A stretch of 64,000 nucleotides of DNA from Thermodesulfovibrionales bacterium (GTDB lineage: Bacteria > Nitrospirota > Thermodesulfovibrionia > Thermodesulfovibrionales > SM23-35), in NCBI GenBank assembly GCA_963715195.1, contig CAVQRT010000002.1:128001-192000 (forward strand). Direction: 5' to 3'. Position 1 is the stretch's first letter. Every line of letters begins with the position of its first letter. The translations under genes were made by a program, and so were the position numbers. Of the stretch, positions 17,423 to 28,728 are shown piece after piece. The notes beneath the pieces were generated by a model, which had not been told where the DNA came from, ran no database searches, and was given only the letters and a program-made list of their open reading frames with translations.

Positions 17423-18586
17423 TTAAAGCTCCTTCTGGAGCTGGGGTGACTTTCTCAGAAATGCCGGCACATCAATATGCTCTTCATAGGCCATAATATC
17501 CGTTGTTATCAGGTCAGTACTTAAACTCTGGGCAATATTTTTCGAGAGAACCCGCTCTGAACCTTTCAGATGCACAGGATGCTTGAGAGGTGTCCACTTT
17601 TTAACCTGCGGAAGTTCAACTTTCTCTTTCCGGTCGGTGAATCCGGTCGCAATGACGGTCACCCTCACCTCATCGCTGATATCAGGATCTATCACTGCGC
17701 CGATAATAACATGTACATCTTCATGAGCAGAGTCGTATATGAATGAAACGGCTTCCTTAAGACCGTCAAGCGAAAGTTCAAGCCCTCCGGTAATATTCAC
17801 GAGAATACCCTTGGCGCCTTCAATAGATGAATCTTCAAGGAGGGGGTTTGTTACCGCCTTTCTTGCTGCTTCAAGAGCGCCTCCCTCTCCCTTTCCGAAC
17901 CCGCAGCCCATTACCCCTCTGCCTTTATCCTGGATGATCGTCTTGACATCGGCAAAGTCAACGTTGATAAGCCCGGGGATAATGATGATGTCGGATATTC
18001 CCTGAACCGCCTGTTTTAAAACATCATTTGCTATTGCGAAGGACTTAAGAAGGGGTGTCCCTTTCTCAACAACGAGACCTATCTTGTCATTGGGGATAAC
18101 GATAAGCGTATCAACATTATCCCTCAGCTCTCTCATTCCCTCTTCTGCATTTGCATTCCGAATCTTCCCTTCATAAAAAAACGGCTTTGTGATAACTGCG
18201 ATGGTAATAGCTCCAAGCTCTTTGGCGATACCCGCAATCACAGGACTTGCACCGGTTCCCGTGCCGCCGCCCATACCTGCGGTTATGAAAACCATGTCAG
18301 CCCCTTCCAGATATTCAGCAATCAGGGTTGCATCTTCCTGGGCGGCCGCTCTCCCAATCTGGGGATCGGAACCGGCGCCGAGTCCCCTCGTGAGATTCGA
18401 TCCGATCTGAATCTTTGACGGTGCAAGAGAAGTCTCGAGTGCCTGCATATCCGTGTTCACCGCGATAAATTCAACCCCGTGCAGATTCGAAGCGATCATC
18501 GTGTTCAGGGCATTTCCTCCGGCTCCTCCAACACCAACAACCTTAATTTTGGCTGTCTGTCCCCGCACCTCTTCAATTTCGAACAT
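17423..18586 (-). CDS. ftsZ: Cell division protein FtsZ
   Basis: [25 protein letters not shown]-terminal DVPAFLRK. Confidence 0.99.
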   Translation of the reverse strand: MFEIEEVRGQTAKIKVVGVGGAGGNALNTMIASNLHGVEFIAVNTDMQALETSLAPSKIQIGSNLTRGLGAGSDPQIGRAAAQEDATLIAEYLEGADMVFITAGMGGGTGTGASPVIAGIAKELGAITIAVITKPFFYEGKIRNANAEEGMRELRDNVDTLIVIPNDKIGLVVEKGTPLLKSFAIANDVLKQAVQGISDIIIIPGLINVDFADVKTIIQDKGRGVMGCGFGKGEGGALEAARKAVTNPLLEDSSIEGAKGILVNITGGLELSLDGLKEAVSFIYDSAHEDVHVIIGAVIDPDISDEVRVTVIATGFTDRKEKVELPQVKKWTPLKHPVHLKGSERVLSKNIAQSLSTDLITTDIMAYEEHIDVPAFLRKSPQLQKEL

Positions 18587-19829
18587 ACTCTATCCCTCCT
18601 TTTTTTAGTCTGAATATCTCTTTTGCCCAATCCTTGACCTTTCCGAATATTCCTGTAACAGCGTCCCGGGAACACGCCCTGTCCGACAGGGCCTCAAAGC
18701 CGAAGAGAACAAGACCTGCTCCCGTCGAACAACCCGGATTGTTTGCCATATCCTCAACGCCGTGGATGTTTAGGGGGCTTCCTATCCTGACAGGCAGGCC
18801 CCAGGCAGCCTCCGCCACCCGGCCAAGACCTTTGAGCAGAGCCCCGCCTCCTGTCAGCACCAAACCGGCAGAAGCGATATCATAACCGGAGCATGAAAGG
18901 AGTTCTGCCCGAATCAAATCAAGAAATTCGTCCGTCCTTGCCCGGAGTATCTCAGCCAAATTCTTCTGCAAAATCTTTTTTTTCTGTTCGCCGCAAACAA
19001 TCTCAATCGAATTTGAGTCTTCGACAGTAAGGATTTCTGCCGACCCGAAATGTTGTTTGATGCGTTCGGCCTCGTTTACCGGGATTTTCAGGCCGACAGC
19101 AACATCATTGGTGAAGTGATTTCCTCCGACAGCGAGAACCGATGCATGCACCGGATATCCGTCCTTGTAGAAAATAATGTCCGTCGTACCGCCGCCGATA
19201 TCAATGAGAGCAACTCCCATCTCCCGTTCATCCCCGCTAAGTATGGCGTCTGCAGATGCAACAGGGGCAAAGACTACATCTGCAACCTCAACCCCCGCCT
19301 TCTCGCAGCATCTCAGAAGATTCTGTATTGGGGTGGCAGCCCCGGTCACGGTATAGACCTTTGTCTCAAGCCTTTCCCCTCGCATGCCATGGGGATTCCT
19401 GATTCCGTTCTGTCCGTCAATGGCATACCCTGCCGGGATGACGTGCAGAATCTCCCTGTCGAGCGGAACATACACAGCTTTTGCAGCTTCGAGCACACGA
19501 TCAATATTAGCGTCCGTTATATCCCTGCCCCCGATACCGACAGCACCGACATTATGAAAACTTTTCATATGGGCTCCAGAGATACTGACGTATACTGAAT
19601 TGATTTCTATGCCAAAAGCGGACTCCGTTTCCTTCAGAGCATTCTTGAGCGAACGGACCATCTCCTCCATGCCGACAATAATTCCTTTTCTCATACCGGA
19701 CGAGGGAGAGAGATGCATGCCGCGAAATGCCAAAGTGCCGTTGACAATTTCACCGACAACAGTGCAGATCTTCGTTGTACCGGCATCGAGGCCGACAAGT
19801 ATATGATCAGGGTGGCTCCGTCGAATCAT
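18573..19829 (-). CDS. ftsA: Cell division protein FtsA
   Basis: [32 protein letters not shown]; precedes ftsZ. Confidence 0.95.
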   Translation of the reverse strand: MIRRSHPDHILVGLDAGTTKICTVVGEIVNGTLAFRGMHLSPSSGMRKGIIVGMEEMVRSLKNALKETESAFGIEINSVYVSISGAHMKSFHNVGAVGIGGRDITDANIDRVLEAAKAVYVPLDREILHVIPAGYAIDGQNGIRNPHGMRGERLETKVYTVTGAATPIQNLLRCCEKAGVEVADVVFAPVASADAILSGDEREMGVALIDIGGGTTDIIFYKDGYPVHASVLAVGGNHFTNDVAVGLKIPVNEAERIKQHFGSAEILTVEDSNSIEIVCGEQKKKILQKNLAEILRARTDEFLDLIRAELLSCSGYDIASAGLVLTGGGALLKGLGRVAEAAWGLPVRIGSPLNIHGVEDMANNPGCSTGAGLVLFGFEALSDRACSRDAVTGIFGKVKDWAKEIFRLKKGGIEYVRN

Positions 19830-20590
19830 TCCATAACCTTTTTTGCAGTGATCGGTTTTACGATTGCTTTATCGTCAAACCGCAAATCTATACAATCAAC
19901 AGGGATATTTCTTTCCCTGAGATCTTTCTCCAGTTGCAGAAACCGTTCGAGCTTTTCGTCATAACCTCCTGCCCCTATTTTGACAACGGTTTCATCCATT
20001 TCTATTGATAATTCTTGCGGTTTATGAGCAATAACCTCGATATGATCTTTTCCCAGGATCAAACCCTTATCGTTCAAGACCCGCACAAGGAAGAGCGCCT
20101 CGGAAAATCCCTCCCGTTCCTTGTAGGGATCACTGACAATAATCGGGAGAAAAGGCACTGCATCGTCCTTGAGTTCTTCGAGGAATTTTCCTTTTTCATC
20201 AATGATGAAAAGATGTTCATGAATATCGAGCAGGGCAAACGGTTCAGTCTCCTGAATCGTTATCGCAAGCGTTCCCGGGAATTCCTTTCGTACGCTCGCA
20301 GACCTGATCCACGGGGACTCAAGCAAGCGTCTGCTGATCTCCCTGCACGAAACTGTCAGTAGGCTTTTTCTCATCCCGGCTTTGGCAATTTCCCCCAGTT
20401 CTTCGTCCGTCAGACGTTTATTATCGATAAAAACGATTTCTTCCACAGGATACAGGGGTTTCATAGCAAAGACACGATGATAAGTGTAAATGCAGAGGGC
20501 ACTGATAACAATACCGATAAGAAGAACGATATTCCTCTTCCTGAAAAAAAACATGCCTGGCGTCCTTTTTTTCAGTTTATTCGCTTTCAC
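19826..20590 (-). CDS. ftsQ: Cell division protein FtsQ/DivIB
   Basis: TM, POTRA ([13 protein letters not shown]) and C-terminal IDLRF. Confidence 0.9.
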   Translation of the reverse strand: MKANKLKKRTPGMFFFRKRNIVLLIGIVISALCIYTYHRVFAMKPLYPVEEIVFIDNKRLTDEELGEIAKAGMRKSLLTVSCREISRRLLESPWIRSASVRKEFPGTLAITIQETEPFALLDIHEHLFIIDEKGKFLEELKDDAVPFLPIIVSDPYKEREGFSEALFLVRVLNDKGLILGKDHIEVIAHKPQELSIEMDETVVKIGAGGYDEKLERFLQLEKDLRERNIPVDCIDLRFDDKAIVKPITAKKVME

Positions 20591-21503
20591 GGATTACACC
20601 TTTGAGTATCTCTTCAATCAAGTCCGGGAAATCATATCCGGCGAGACGCGCAATCTTGGGTAGCAGGCTTGTTTCTGTCATGCCAGGGATCGTATTGACC
20701 TCGAGCACGTAAGGATTCCCTTTTCCGTCGATACGGAGATCAACCCTGGCAGCTCCTTTACATCCGAGGGCCTGATGAGCCGAGAGGGCAGTCATGCCGG
20801 CACGTTCGTAAACTCCCCTGTCAATGTCCGGAGGGAGAATATATTCAGTCATTCCCGAGGTATACTTTGCCTCATAACTGTAGAATTCAAGAGACGGCCT
20901 TACCTCGACTCCGCCGATCACCTTTCCGTTCAGAACCCCTATATGAATCTCTTTGCCGTCAATATATTGTTCGACAATGATTCTCGATCCGTAGGCATAC
21001 GCATTCTCTGCGGCTTTTCTGAAATCGTGTTCCTGCTTTACGATGCTCACCCCGATGCTCGATCCCTCCGATGCCGGCTTTACAACCCACGGTAGGTCAA
21101 AATTAATAGCCGGCGCATCTGTCACAGACTGCCGTGGCCGGGCAAGAACGAGATAGGGCGGGACAGGGATATCATGATAGCGGAACACCTTCTTTGATGC
21201 CTCCTTGTCCATTGCGACTGCCGAAGCAAGAACCCCGGACCCGGTATAGGGGATCCCCATGACCTCAAGCATTCCCTGGATTGAACCATTTTCCCCATAC
21301 CCTCCATGTAGCGCAAGGAACGCGATCTGTACTCCCTCCGCAGTTAATGCCGCACAGATATCCTGACTGGCATCGATAACGATAACGTTATAGCCTAGAT
21401 CTTTTAGGGCCCGGTAAATTGCCTGTCCACTCCGCAGAGATATTTCTCTCTCTGCAGACGTTCCACCCATCAGGACTCCGATTCTCTTATCAGTGAGCAT
21501 CAT
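20577..21503 (-). CDS. ddl: D-alanine--D-alanine ligase
   Basis: [42 protein letters not shown]. Confidence 0.97.
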   Translation of the reverse strand: MMLTDKRIGVLMGGTSAEREISLRSGQAIYRALKDLGYNVIVIDASQDICAALTAEGVQIAFLALHGGYGENGSIQGMLEVMGIPYTGSGVLASAVAMDKEASKKVFRYHDIPVPPYLVLARPRQSVTDAPAINFDLPWVVKPASEGSSIGVSIVKQEHDFRKAAENAYAYGSRIIVEQYIDGKEIHIGVLNGKVIGGVEVRPSLEFYSYEAKYTSGMTEYILPPDIDRGVYERAGMTALSAHQALGCKGAARVDLRIDGKGNPYVLEVNTIPGMTETSLLPKIARLAGYDFPDLIEEILKGVIRESE

Positions 21504-22422
21504 TTCTCCCTATGATCCTGATTTCCGGTTCAAGGGTGATTCCGAATGCGGTGGCTACCCTTGCGCCAACTTCATGCATAAGCCTGATGAAATCAGCGGC
21601 AGAGGCATTTCCTGCGTTAATAAAGAAATTTGCGTGGAGGGTACTCACGAGGACATCACCAACCCTCATCCCCTTGCACCCCGCCTCATCAATGAGTTTC
21701 CCCGCGGAAAGCCCTTCGGGATTCTTAAATACGCACCCGGCCGAAGATTCCCATATAGGCTGCCTTTCACGCTTGACCTTCAGAAAATGCTCGACTCGTG
21801 CCGATACTCCTTCTTTCCTGTCCTTCCCGAGTTTTACCTCTGCGCTGAGGAGTAAATCAGTCGGTAAAATATCCGATTTCCTGTATCCGAATGAAATATC
21901 TTCCGCCCGAACCTTTTCTATGTTCCCTCCTGGACGCATCATATCGACCGAGGCAAGAACACCCCTCATCTCATAGCCAAATGAGCCTGCATTCCCGCAG
22001 ATTGCTCCACCAACAGTTCCCGGAATCCCGGCAAGTCCTTCAATCCCAGAATACCCCTTCTCTCTGGCGTGCATCACAAGCCGCTGGAGCAGCGTCCCAG
22101 CTCCGACGGACAGATAGGCATATTGTTTATCCTCCGCTACCGGCTCAATTTTCCTGAATGCGCTAAAGCATATGACAGCTCCCGGGATACCCGCATCTTT
22201 TACCAGAATGTTCGTTCCGGCTCCGAGCGGGAATAAACCGGTATCATTTCTCTTCAGATAATCGAGCAGCCGTCCGAGTGACGGAACATTTTCCGGCACG
22301 GCAAAAATATCCGACGGTCCGCCTATCTTCAGGTAGGTATGTCTGCTCATCGGTTCCATGAGTTTTATCTCACCTTCAAACAGAATAGCGGCAGTGATAT
22401 CCTTTAACTGCTCACCGGTCAT
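21490..22422 (-). CDS. murB: UDP-N-acetylenolpyruvoylglucosamine reductase
   Basis: [38 protein letters not shown]. Confidence 0.96.
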   Translation of the reverse strand: MTGEQLKDITAAILFEGEIKLMEPMSRHTYLKIGGPSDIFAVPENVPSLGRLLDYLKRNDTGLFPLGAGTNILVKDAGIPGAVICFSAFRKIEPVAEDKQYAYLSVGAGTLLQRLVMHAREKGYSGIEGLAGIPGTVGGAICGNAGSFGYEMRGVLASVDMMRPGGNIEKVRAEDISFGYRKSDILPTDLLLSAEVKLGKDRKEGVSARVEHFLKVKRERQPIWESSAGCVFKNPEGLSAGKLIDEAGCKGMRVGDVLVSTLHANFFINAGNASAADFIRLMHEVGARVATAFGITLEPEIRIIGRNDAH

Positions 22423-23825
22423 GCGAACTCCGCCTTGTTCGCCTGCAGTTTGTTCAGGATCTTTTCGCCGGCCTTCCAGACATCCCCCGCCCCGAGCGTG
22501 AGGACCACATCTCCTTTTCTGATCTCTTTCATAATGTGATCGGCCGCTTTTCCTCTATCTTCCATGTACATGACATTACGACATCCTGCCTCCCTGATCT
22601 TCTCGGTCAGCAGTGATGAGTGCACACCTTCAATCGGCTGCTCCCCAGCCGGATAAATATCAAGTACGATGAGACGGTCTGCATCTGCAAAAGAATGGGA
22701 AAATTCAGTAATCAGATCTCTTGTTCTGGTATAACGGTGAGGTTGAAAGAGAACAAATAACCTGCCGGCCCACTGACCGCCTGCCTCATGCCCTTCCTTT
22801 ATGGCCTTCAGGGTCGCCCGGACTTCAGCCGGATGATGCCCATAGTCATCAAAGACCCGTATTCCCTCAGCCTCACCCTTCAATTCCAGCCTCCTCTGGA
22901 TGCCGCTGAACCCCTTCAGCGCCTCCTGTATCACCGCACAATCCATCTTGAGAATCAAGGCTACCCCGATCGCAGCAAGGCTGTTTAGAACATTATGGAT
23001 ACCCGGGACCGGGATTTCAAAAGCACCCAACACCTTGCCCCTGTAAACAGCTTCGAAATTCGTGGACATGTATCCTTTCCCGACGTGATCTGCATAGAGT
23101 TGCGCTTCAGGCGAAAGACCATATGTTATATAACGCCGGAGAACAGACGGCAAAAGATCCCGGATATGTTCATTTTCAATACAGACTACTGATGCGCCGT
23201 AAAAAGGTACTTTATTGATGAATGAAAGAAAAGCTTCCTTCAGGATATCTATTGTCTTAAAGAAATCCATATGCTCCCTGTCGATATTCGTTACAACGGC
23301 AATAGTCGGAGAAAGTTTCAGGAATGAACCATCGCTTTCATCCGCTTCCGCAACGAGAAAATCCCCTTGGCCGAGCCGCGAATTGCTCCCCGTTGCCTTT
23401 AATCTCCCGCCAATCACAACCGTGGGATCAAATCCCCCTTGGGCAAGGATTGTCGCGAGAAGGGAGGTAGTTGTAGTCTTTCCGTGAGCTCCTGCGACGA
23501 GAACTCCATACTTGAGTCTCGCAAGTTCAGCGAGCATTTCCGCGCGTGGAATCACCGGAATGGCCTTTGCCCGTGCTTCAGTCACCTCCGGGTTATCCGC
23601 TGACACCGCAGAGGAAACAACCACAACATGCGCATCATCCACATTTTCTGCTTCATGACCGATAAAAACTGGGATGCCCGCATCCCTCAATCGTGCTGTC
23701 GTCTCTGAATGCCTGATATCGGAGCCGGTGACCTTATATCCGAGATTATGGAGAACCTCTGCAATTCCCGACATGCCGATGCCGCCGATGCCGACGAAAT
23801 GTATAATCCGGAATCTCTCAAACAT
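22419..23825 (-). CDS. murC: UDP-N-acetylmuramate--L-alanine ligase
   Basis: HFVGIGGIGMSG, GAHGKTTTT, EADESD, DDYGHHP, FQPHRY; SD GAGGAG before ATG 23825. Confidence 0.97.
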   Translation of the reverse strand: MFERFRIIHFVGIGGIGMSGIAEVLHNLGYKVTGSDIRHSETTARLRDAGIPVFIGHEAENVDDAHVVVVSSAVSADNPEVTEARAKAIPVIPRAEMLAELARLKYGVLVAGAHGKTTTTSLLATILAQGGFDPTVVIGGRLKATGSNSRLGQGDFLVAEADESDGSFLKLSPTIAVVTNIDREHMDFFKTIDILKEAFLSFINKVPFYGASVVCIENEHIRDLLPSVLRRYITYGLSPEAQLYADHVGKGYMSTNFEAVYRGKVLGAFEIPVPGIHNVLNSLAAIGVALILKMDCAVIQEALKGFSGIQRRLELKGEAEGIRVFDDYGHHPAEVRATLKAIKEGHEAGGQWAGRLFVLFQPHRYTRTRDLITEFSHSFADADRLIVLDIYPAGEQPIEGVHSSLLTEKIREAGCRNVMYMEDRGKAADHIMKEIRKGDVVLTLGAGDVWKAGEKILNKLQANKAEFA

Positions 23826-23841
23826 TATCCACTCCTCTGTT

Positions 23842-24966
23842 TCACGCAGCAGACCTCGCACCCGACACGGATGAATTCTTCATCAGGCTCATTGCGATAT
23901 CGACAACCTTCATGCACGCATCCGGCCGTCCCACAGACCTGCTCGCTTTCTGCATCTGCTCTCTCTTCGTTTCATCCGTGAACAGTTCCCGTATGCTCCT
24001 TGCAAGGGTCTCCCCGCTGAGCTCGCGGTCAGGGATCATCGTTGCCGCACCAATCTCCTGAAGTTTCAGTGCATTTAATTCCTGGTGATTGGCGGCCGCA
24101 AAGGGATAGGGGATGAGAATGGAAGGTTTGCCGAGGGCGGTCAATTCAGCAAGTGTTGTAGCTCCGGCTCGTGAGATCACCAGATCGGCAACAGCATATG
24201 CCTCCCCCATCTGGTAAATAAAAGGAGCGATCGTGCCTCGAAACCCTTTCTCCTGATATGCATTCCTGATAGGTTCATACTCTTTCTGTCCGGTCTGATG
24301 GAGGAATTGAATCTTGTCCCTGAGATCAAGAAGATACTGAAGGGAGTCCACAAGGGCTTTGTTCATGCTTCTTGCCCCGGTACTTCCACCAAAGGCAAAT
24401 ACCGTAAAGAGACCCCGTTCAAGAGAAAAAATGCGGTATCCTGCTTCAGCACTCCCTCTGAAAACCTTCAGCCTTACAGGATTTCCGGTCAGGAAGGTCT
24501 TTTCCTTCGGGAAAAAGGATATACTCTCCTGGTAGGTTACACACACGATATCGACAAATTTTCCGAGAATTCTGTTCGTGAGACCGGGAACGGAATTCTG
24601 CTCAAGAATCATTGTCGGCACTGACATCAGGTATGCAATGAGCATGACCGCACCCGATGCGTAGCCCCCCACACCGATCACGATATTTGGTTTGACTGTC
24701 TTCATAATCCTGTGCGAATCAATCATAGAAATGCCTGCTTTCACAGCCGCCTTGATCTTTCGAATAAAAGACCTTCCAACCATACCTTCTGCCCGCACAT
24801 ATCTGATTGGATAACCCTCTTTGGGTACAATCTTCGCTTCTATACCTGATTCCGTCCCGACAAATATCACTTCTGTTGCAGCTTCCCTGCTTTTGAACTC
24901 CTCCGCCACTGCAAGTCCGGGGAAGAGATGGCCTCCCGTTCCTCCGCCTGCAATCATCACCCTCAT
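23842..24966 (-). CDS. murG: Undecaprenyl-PP-MurNAc-pentapeptide GlcNAc transferase
   Basis: AGGGTGGH, EQN, GNPVR, SRAGATT, HQELNA. Confidence 0.97.
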   Translation of the reverse strand: MRVMIAGGGTGGHLFPGLAVAEEFKSREAATEVIFVGTESGIEAKIVPKEGYPIRYVRAEGMVGRSFIRKIKAAVKAGISMIDSHRIMKTVKPNIVIGVGGYASGAVMLIAYLMSVPTMILEQNSVPGLTNRILGKFVDIVCVTYQESISFFPKEKTFLTGNPVRLKVFRGSAEAGYRIFSLERGLFTVFAFGGSTGARSMNKALVDSLQYLLDLRDKIQFLHQTGQKEYEPIRNAYQEKGFRGTIAPFIYQMGEAYAVADLVISRAGATTLAELTALGKPSILIPYPFAAANHQELNALKLQEIGAATMIPDRELSGETLARSIRELFTDETKREQMQKASRSVGRPDACMKVVDIAMSLMKNSSVSGARSAA

Positions 24967-25011
24967 GAACCCTACGTTCCCCTGGTTTGTTCATTCGTTG
25001 CCGACCGCAGA

Positions 25012-26190
25012 TTATAAACCTGGCACTGAATATCTTCTGTATACATTTCGCCTCGCTTTTTTTCTGATCAGTATTTCACGGCTCTTGTCCGCCGGCGATA
25101 GGTCCTCACCCTTCGATATGGTCAGCAGCATCCCAACAGCAGCCATGTTGACCAGCAGGGATGAACCACCATAACTAATAAACGGAAGCGGCAATCCCTT
25201 TGTCGGTACAAGCCCGATGGCTACCGAAAAATTGATGAGCGCCTGCAGTGAAATCATGAGCGTGAGGCCTGTTGCAAGATAATAAACAAATGGTTCCTTG
25301 GAGCGGCTGGCAACAGCGATCCCCCTGACAAACAGCGTGAAAAAGAGAAGGACAATAGTTAATACACCAAGAAGCCCGAATTCTTCACCGATAATCGAAA
25401 AAATGAAATCGGTATGTGACTCCGGAAGATATGCCAATTTCTGCTTGGAACTCCCGATACCCACTCCGGTTATCCCGCCGCTTCCAAGGGCAATGAAGGA
25501 TTGAACGAGCTGAAAACCGCACCCCTGCGGTTCCTTCCATGGATCGAGAAAACAGGTTATCCTCTGGAGGCGGTAAGGCTTCAGGGCAAGCATAATGATC
25601 ACCGGGAGAGCAAAGACGCTGAGAGAGGCAAGGTACCTGAGACGCATACCGGAGATAAAGAGCATCGCAACCGTGAGAAATGCAAGGCTCATGGCCGCTC
25701 CGAAATCGGGTTGTTTGAGGATCACAAGCTGGAACAGAACCATAATGCCGATTGGCTTCAGAAAAGACGTGAAGCTGTCTGTCCTGTAACCGGGCTTTGA
25801 CAGATAGTGGGCAAGGAATATGACCATGGACAGTTTCACGAGCTCTGAGGGCTGAAACGTTGAAGGCCATAACCGTATCCACCGAGTCGCGCCTCCGGCA
25901 GTAACCCCGATGCCGGGAATGAAGACGAGGACTAACAGAATAAAGGAAATAATGAGGAGGTGCGTGGCGTATTTCTGTACAAAAGAGAGTCTCAGTTTAC
26001 AGGAGGCAATAAACAGGATTATGAAACCGAGAACAATAGTAAAAAGATGCCTTTTAAAATAATAGAATTCGGTAACGTTTTTCTTTGCAAGCACCGGAGT
26101 GATAACAGAGGTGGAACTGTAGATCATCAGTGCTCCGAAACATACCAGAGCAACTGTAGTGAGAAGTATCCACCGGTCGTATTTTTCCAT
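25012..26190 (-). CDS. ftsW: SEDS peptidoglycan glycosyltransferase FtsW
   Basis: FQPSE, QPDFG, YLPESHTDFIF, LPFISYGGSS. Confidence 0.96.
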   Translation of the reverse strand: MEKYDRWILLTTVALVCFGALMIYSSTSVITPVLAKKNVTEFYYFKRHLFTIVLGFIILFIASCKLRLSFVQKYATHLLIISFILLVLVFIPGIGVTAGGATRWIRLWPSTFQPSELVKLSMVIFLAHYLSKPGYRTDSFTSFLKPIGIMVLFQLVILKQPDFGAAMSLAFLTVAMLFISGMRLRYLASLSVFALPVIIMLALKPYRLQRITCFLDPWKEPQGCGFQLVQSFIALGSGGITGVGIGSSKQKLAYLPESHTDFIFSIIGEEFGLLGVLTIVLLFFTLFVRGIAVASRSKEPFVYYLATGLTLMISLQALINFSVAIGLVPTKGLPLPFISYGGSSLLVNMAAVGMLLTISKGEDLSPADKSREILIRKKARRNVYRRYSVPGL

Positions 26191-27632
26191 TACTGCAGCT
26201 CCATCACAATCTTTTTGAACTGCTGCCCCCTGTCTTCAAAATTGGCAAACATATCAAAACTGGCACATGCCGGAGAGAGCAGGACAACATCCCCATGACC
26301 TGCTTTCCTCCTGGATATCTCAACAGCATCTTTCAGATCCTCTGCCGTGACGGTATCGGTGGAATCCCCGAGGGCCTGTCTGATCTTTGCCTTTGATTCT
26401 CCTATCAATACAAGGGCCTTCACCCGTGTACGAACCAATTCCCTCAACTGGAGAAAATCACCCGACTTATCCCTTCCCCCGGCTATCAGGACTATGGGTT
26501 TTGCGAAACTTTCGATTGACTTGACGACTGCACCGATATTTGTCCCCTTTGAATCGTTAAAATACCGAACACCATCCAGTTCCCGGACAAATTCAAGCCT
26601 GTGCTCGAGGCCCGGGAATTCCCTCAGTGAATCCTGGACAGCTTCTACGGAACATCCTGCAAGGAGAGCCATGGCTGATGCAGCCATGGCATTCTCCAGG
26701 TTATGAACTCCTTGAATCCTTATCTCTTCGGCCGCAATAAGTTCACCGTTCAGGGCTCTGAGTTTCCCCTGCCGAAAATTGCAGAATACAACTCCATCCC
26801 GGGAATACAGACCGTCAACCGCTTCACGCCTGCTGAAAAAATGAATGTTCGGCATCGACGGCCTTTGCCCGGTCAATTGTTCAGCGTACAGATGCATTGT
26901 CAACGGGTCGTCATAATTCAGAATGAGAAAATTTTCTTCCCCCTGATTTTCAAATATTTTCGCCTTTGCGTACATGTATGCATCCATTGTGCGATACCGG
27001 TCAAGGTGGTCCGGGGTAATATTGATGATCGCAGCACCGCGGGGTCTGAAGGACCCGATAGTCTCGAGCTGAAAACTCGATATCTCGGCAACCACATAGT
27101 CGACAGTCTGCTGATGCGCGATTCCTCGAAGGATTTCACGGGTCAGTGCGTTCCCGATATTGCCCCCCAGTATTGTCTGAAACCCGCTCTTCCGCATTAT
27201 GCAATCGAGCAATGCTGTGGTTGTTGATTTCCCGTTTGTGCCCGTAACAGCAAGAAACCCGCCCCGACTATCCTTTATCAGCGGGGTGATAAGCGGGTCA
27301 GCCGATCCACGGGCAGCAAGCTGATATGCAAGTTCAAGTTCTCCAAGCACCGGGACCCCTGCCTCCCGGGCACGCAGAACCTGCGGTATATCAGAGTGAA
27401 CCCCCGGACTCAGTATCACCATATCAGCATGCACGAAAATTTCTTCGGGATGTGCGCCGAGGACAATTCTGACTGCAGGATTCAGATCCGGCATGAATTC
27501 TGCAAGCTCATCTGCGCTCTTCAGATCGGTTACCACAACCGCTGCTCCGAGTTCGGCAAGGAGATTTGCCGCGCCTGTTCCGCTCCGTGCCATACCGACA
27601 ACCGTCACCTGTTTACCCTTTATTGTTATCAA
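26190..27632 (-). CDS. murD: UDP-MurNAc-L-Ala--D-glutamate ligase
   Basis: TGTNGKSTT, GNIG, EISSFQL, DHLDRY, NDSKGTN, LSPACASFD. Confidence 0.97.
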   Translation of the reverse strand: MITIKGKQVTVVGMARSGTGAANLLAELGAAVVVTDLKSADELAEFMPDLNPAVRIVLGAHPEEIFVHADMVILSPGVHSDIPQVLRAREAGVPVLGELELAYQLAARGSADPLITPLIKDSRGGFLAVTGTNGKSTTTALLDCIMRKSGFQTILGGNIGNALTREILRGIAHQQTVDYVVAEISSFQLETIGSFRPRGAAIINITPDHLDRYRTMDAYMYAKAKIFENQGEENFLILNYDDPLTMHLYAEQLTGQRPSMPNIHFFSRREAVDGLYSRDGVVFCNFRQGKLRALNGELIAAEEIRIQGVHNLENAMAASAMALLAGCSVEAVQDSLREFPGLEHRLEFVRELDGVRYFNDSKGTNIGAVVKSIESFAKPIVLIAGGRDKSGDFLQLRELVRTRVKALVLIGESKAKIRQALGDSTDTVTAEDLKDAVEISRRKAGHGDVVLLSPACASFDMFANFEDRGQQFKKIVMELQ

Positions 27633-28728
27633 TGTTCCCCTTGTTCGCGATCCGGTATTTCTTCTTTTTCCCTTTATACTTGGTCAGAACCTTTGCCCTA
27701 TTTTTTTTCTTTCCCACGACGGTCTTCTTCCCTGTCTTGTCTGCTGCGAGGGTGGAACCCCTGCTTGTTCGCTTGATCTTCTTTGCTATCCGTTTGCTTG
27801 TCTTCTTCGCCGGAGATTCCAAAGACACCGCCTCATTTGTCTTAGCGAGATAAATAACCGGAGATCCTCCATTGCTCAGGACGTCGAAACCCCTTCCAAG
27901 AAGAAGCCCTGATTCCCTCCAGAGATCATCCCTGCTTGGACTCCCAAGAAGAGCTACCACAACAGTGTCATGTTCCCGCTCAGCGACACCGACGAAACAA
28001 TGCCTGGCTTTCCGGGTATAACCCGTCTTCCCGGCCATCAAACCCTCCTCTGACCATAAAAGCCTGTTTGTATTCCGCAGGAATATCGACCGCCCTTTTC
28101 CCGTTGAAATCTCTGCCACCCGTGTGTTGATAATCTGTTGCAATTTCGGATAACGAAGGGCATACTGCATAATCCTTGACAGGTCAGATGCAGTAATATA
28201 TTGTCCCCGACCGGGAAGCCCATGTGGATTTATGAAATGCGTGTTCTGTGCGCCAATCAGCAAAACCTTTTTGTTCATGAGACCTACAAACCTCTCTTCG
28301 GAACCGGCTACAGCCTCTGCGAGAGCAACAGCTGCATCATTCGCAGAACCGAGCAATGCTGCATACAGGAGATCTTCAACGGTTATCCGTTCGCCCGCTT
28401 TGAAGCCGGCCTTGTGCGGGGAGACTGATGACGCCTTTTTGCTGACGGTCACAACAGCATCGAGGTTCAAATTTTCCACCGCCAGGATAGCTGTCATCAG
28501 TTTTGTTGTGCTTGCCGGCGGACATCTCAAATCCGGATTTTTTGCGTAGAGAAGGTTTCCTGTCGAAGCATCGATCACTGCAGCGGCCCTGGAACTAACA
28601 GTATCAGCCCGGGAAAAAGTAGGCAGGAGACAGCAGACAGCAAACAGTACGAAAGAAATAAAGAGATTGCATTTCTGTATTTTTTCCTGTTTCCTGTCAA
28701 CTTTATTCTGTCTACTGGTCATAGTCAC
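27613..28728 (-). CDS. Peptidase S11 D-alanyl-D-alanine carboxy/endopeptidase with Lys-rich tail
   Basis: SxxK (PASTTK), SxN (GSAND), NPHGL, KTG; signal peptide; basic C-terminus of about 55 aa. Confidence 0.92.
   Translation of the reverse strand: MTMTSRQNKVDRKQEKIQKCNLFISFVLFAVCCLLPTFSRADTVSSRAAAVIDASTGNLLYAKNPDLRCPPASTTKLMTAILAVENLNLDAVVTVSKKASSVSPHKAGFKAGERITVEDLLYAALLGSANDAAVALAEAVAGSEERFVGLMNKKVLLIGAQNTHFINPHGLPGRGQYITASDLSRIMQYALRYPKLQQIINTRVAEISTGKGRSIFLRNTNRLLWSEEGLMAGKTGYTRKARHCFVGVAEREHDTVVVALLGSPSRDDLWRESGLLLGRGFDVLSNGGSPVIYLAKTNEAVSLESPAKKTSKRIAKKIKRTSRGSTLAADKTGKKTVVGKKKNRAKVLTKYKGKKKKYRIANKGNIDNNKG
28621..28717. repeat. Inverted heptamer arrays inside the 5' end of the S11 peptidase gene
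   Basis: aggcagg agacagc agacagc aaacagt ... ctgtttc ctgtcaa ctttatt ctgtcta. Confidence 0.65.
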
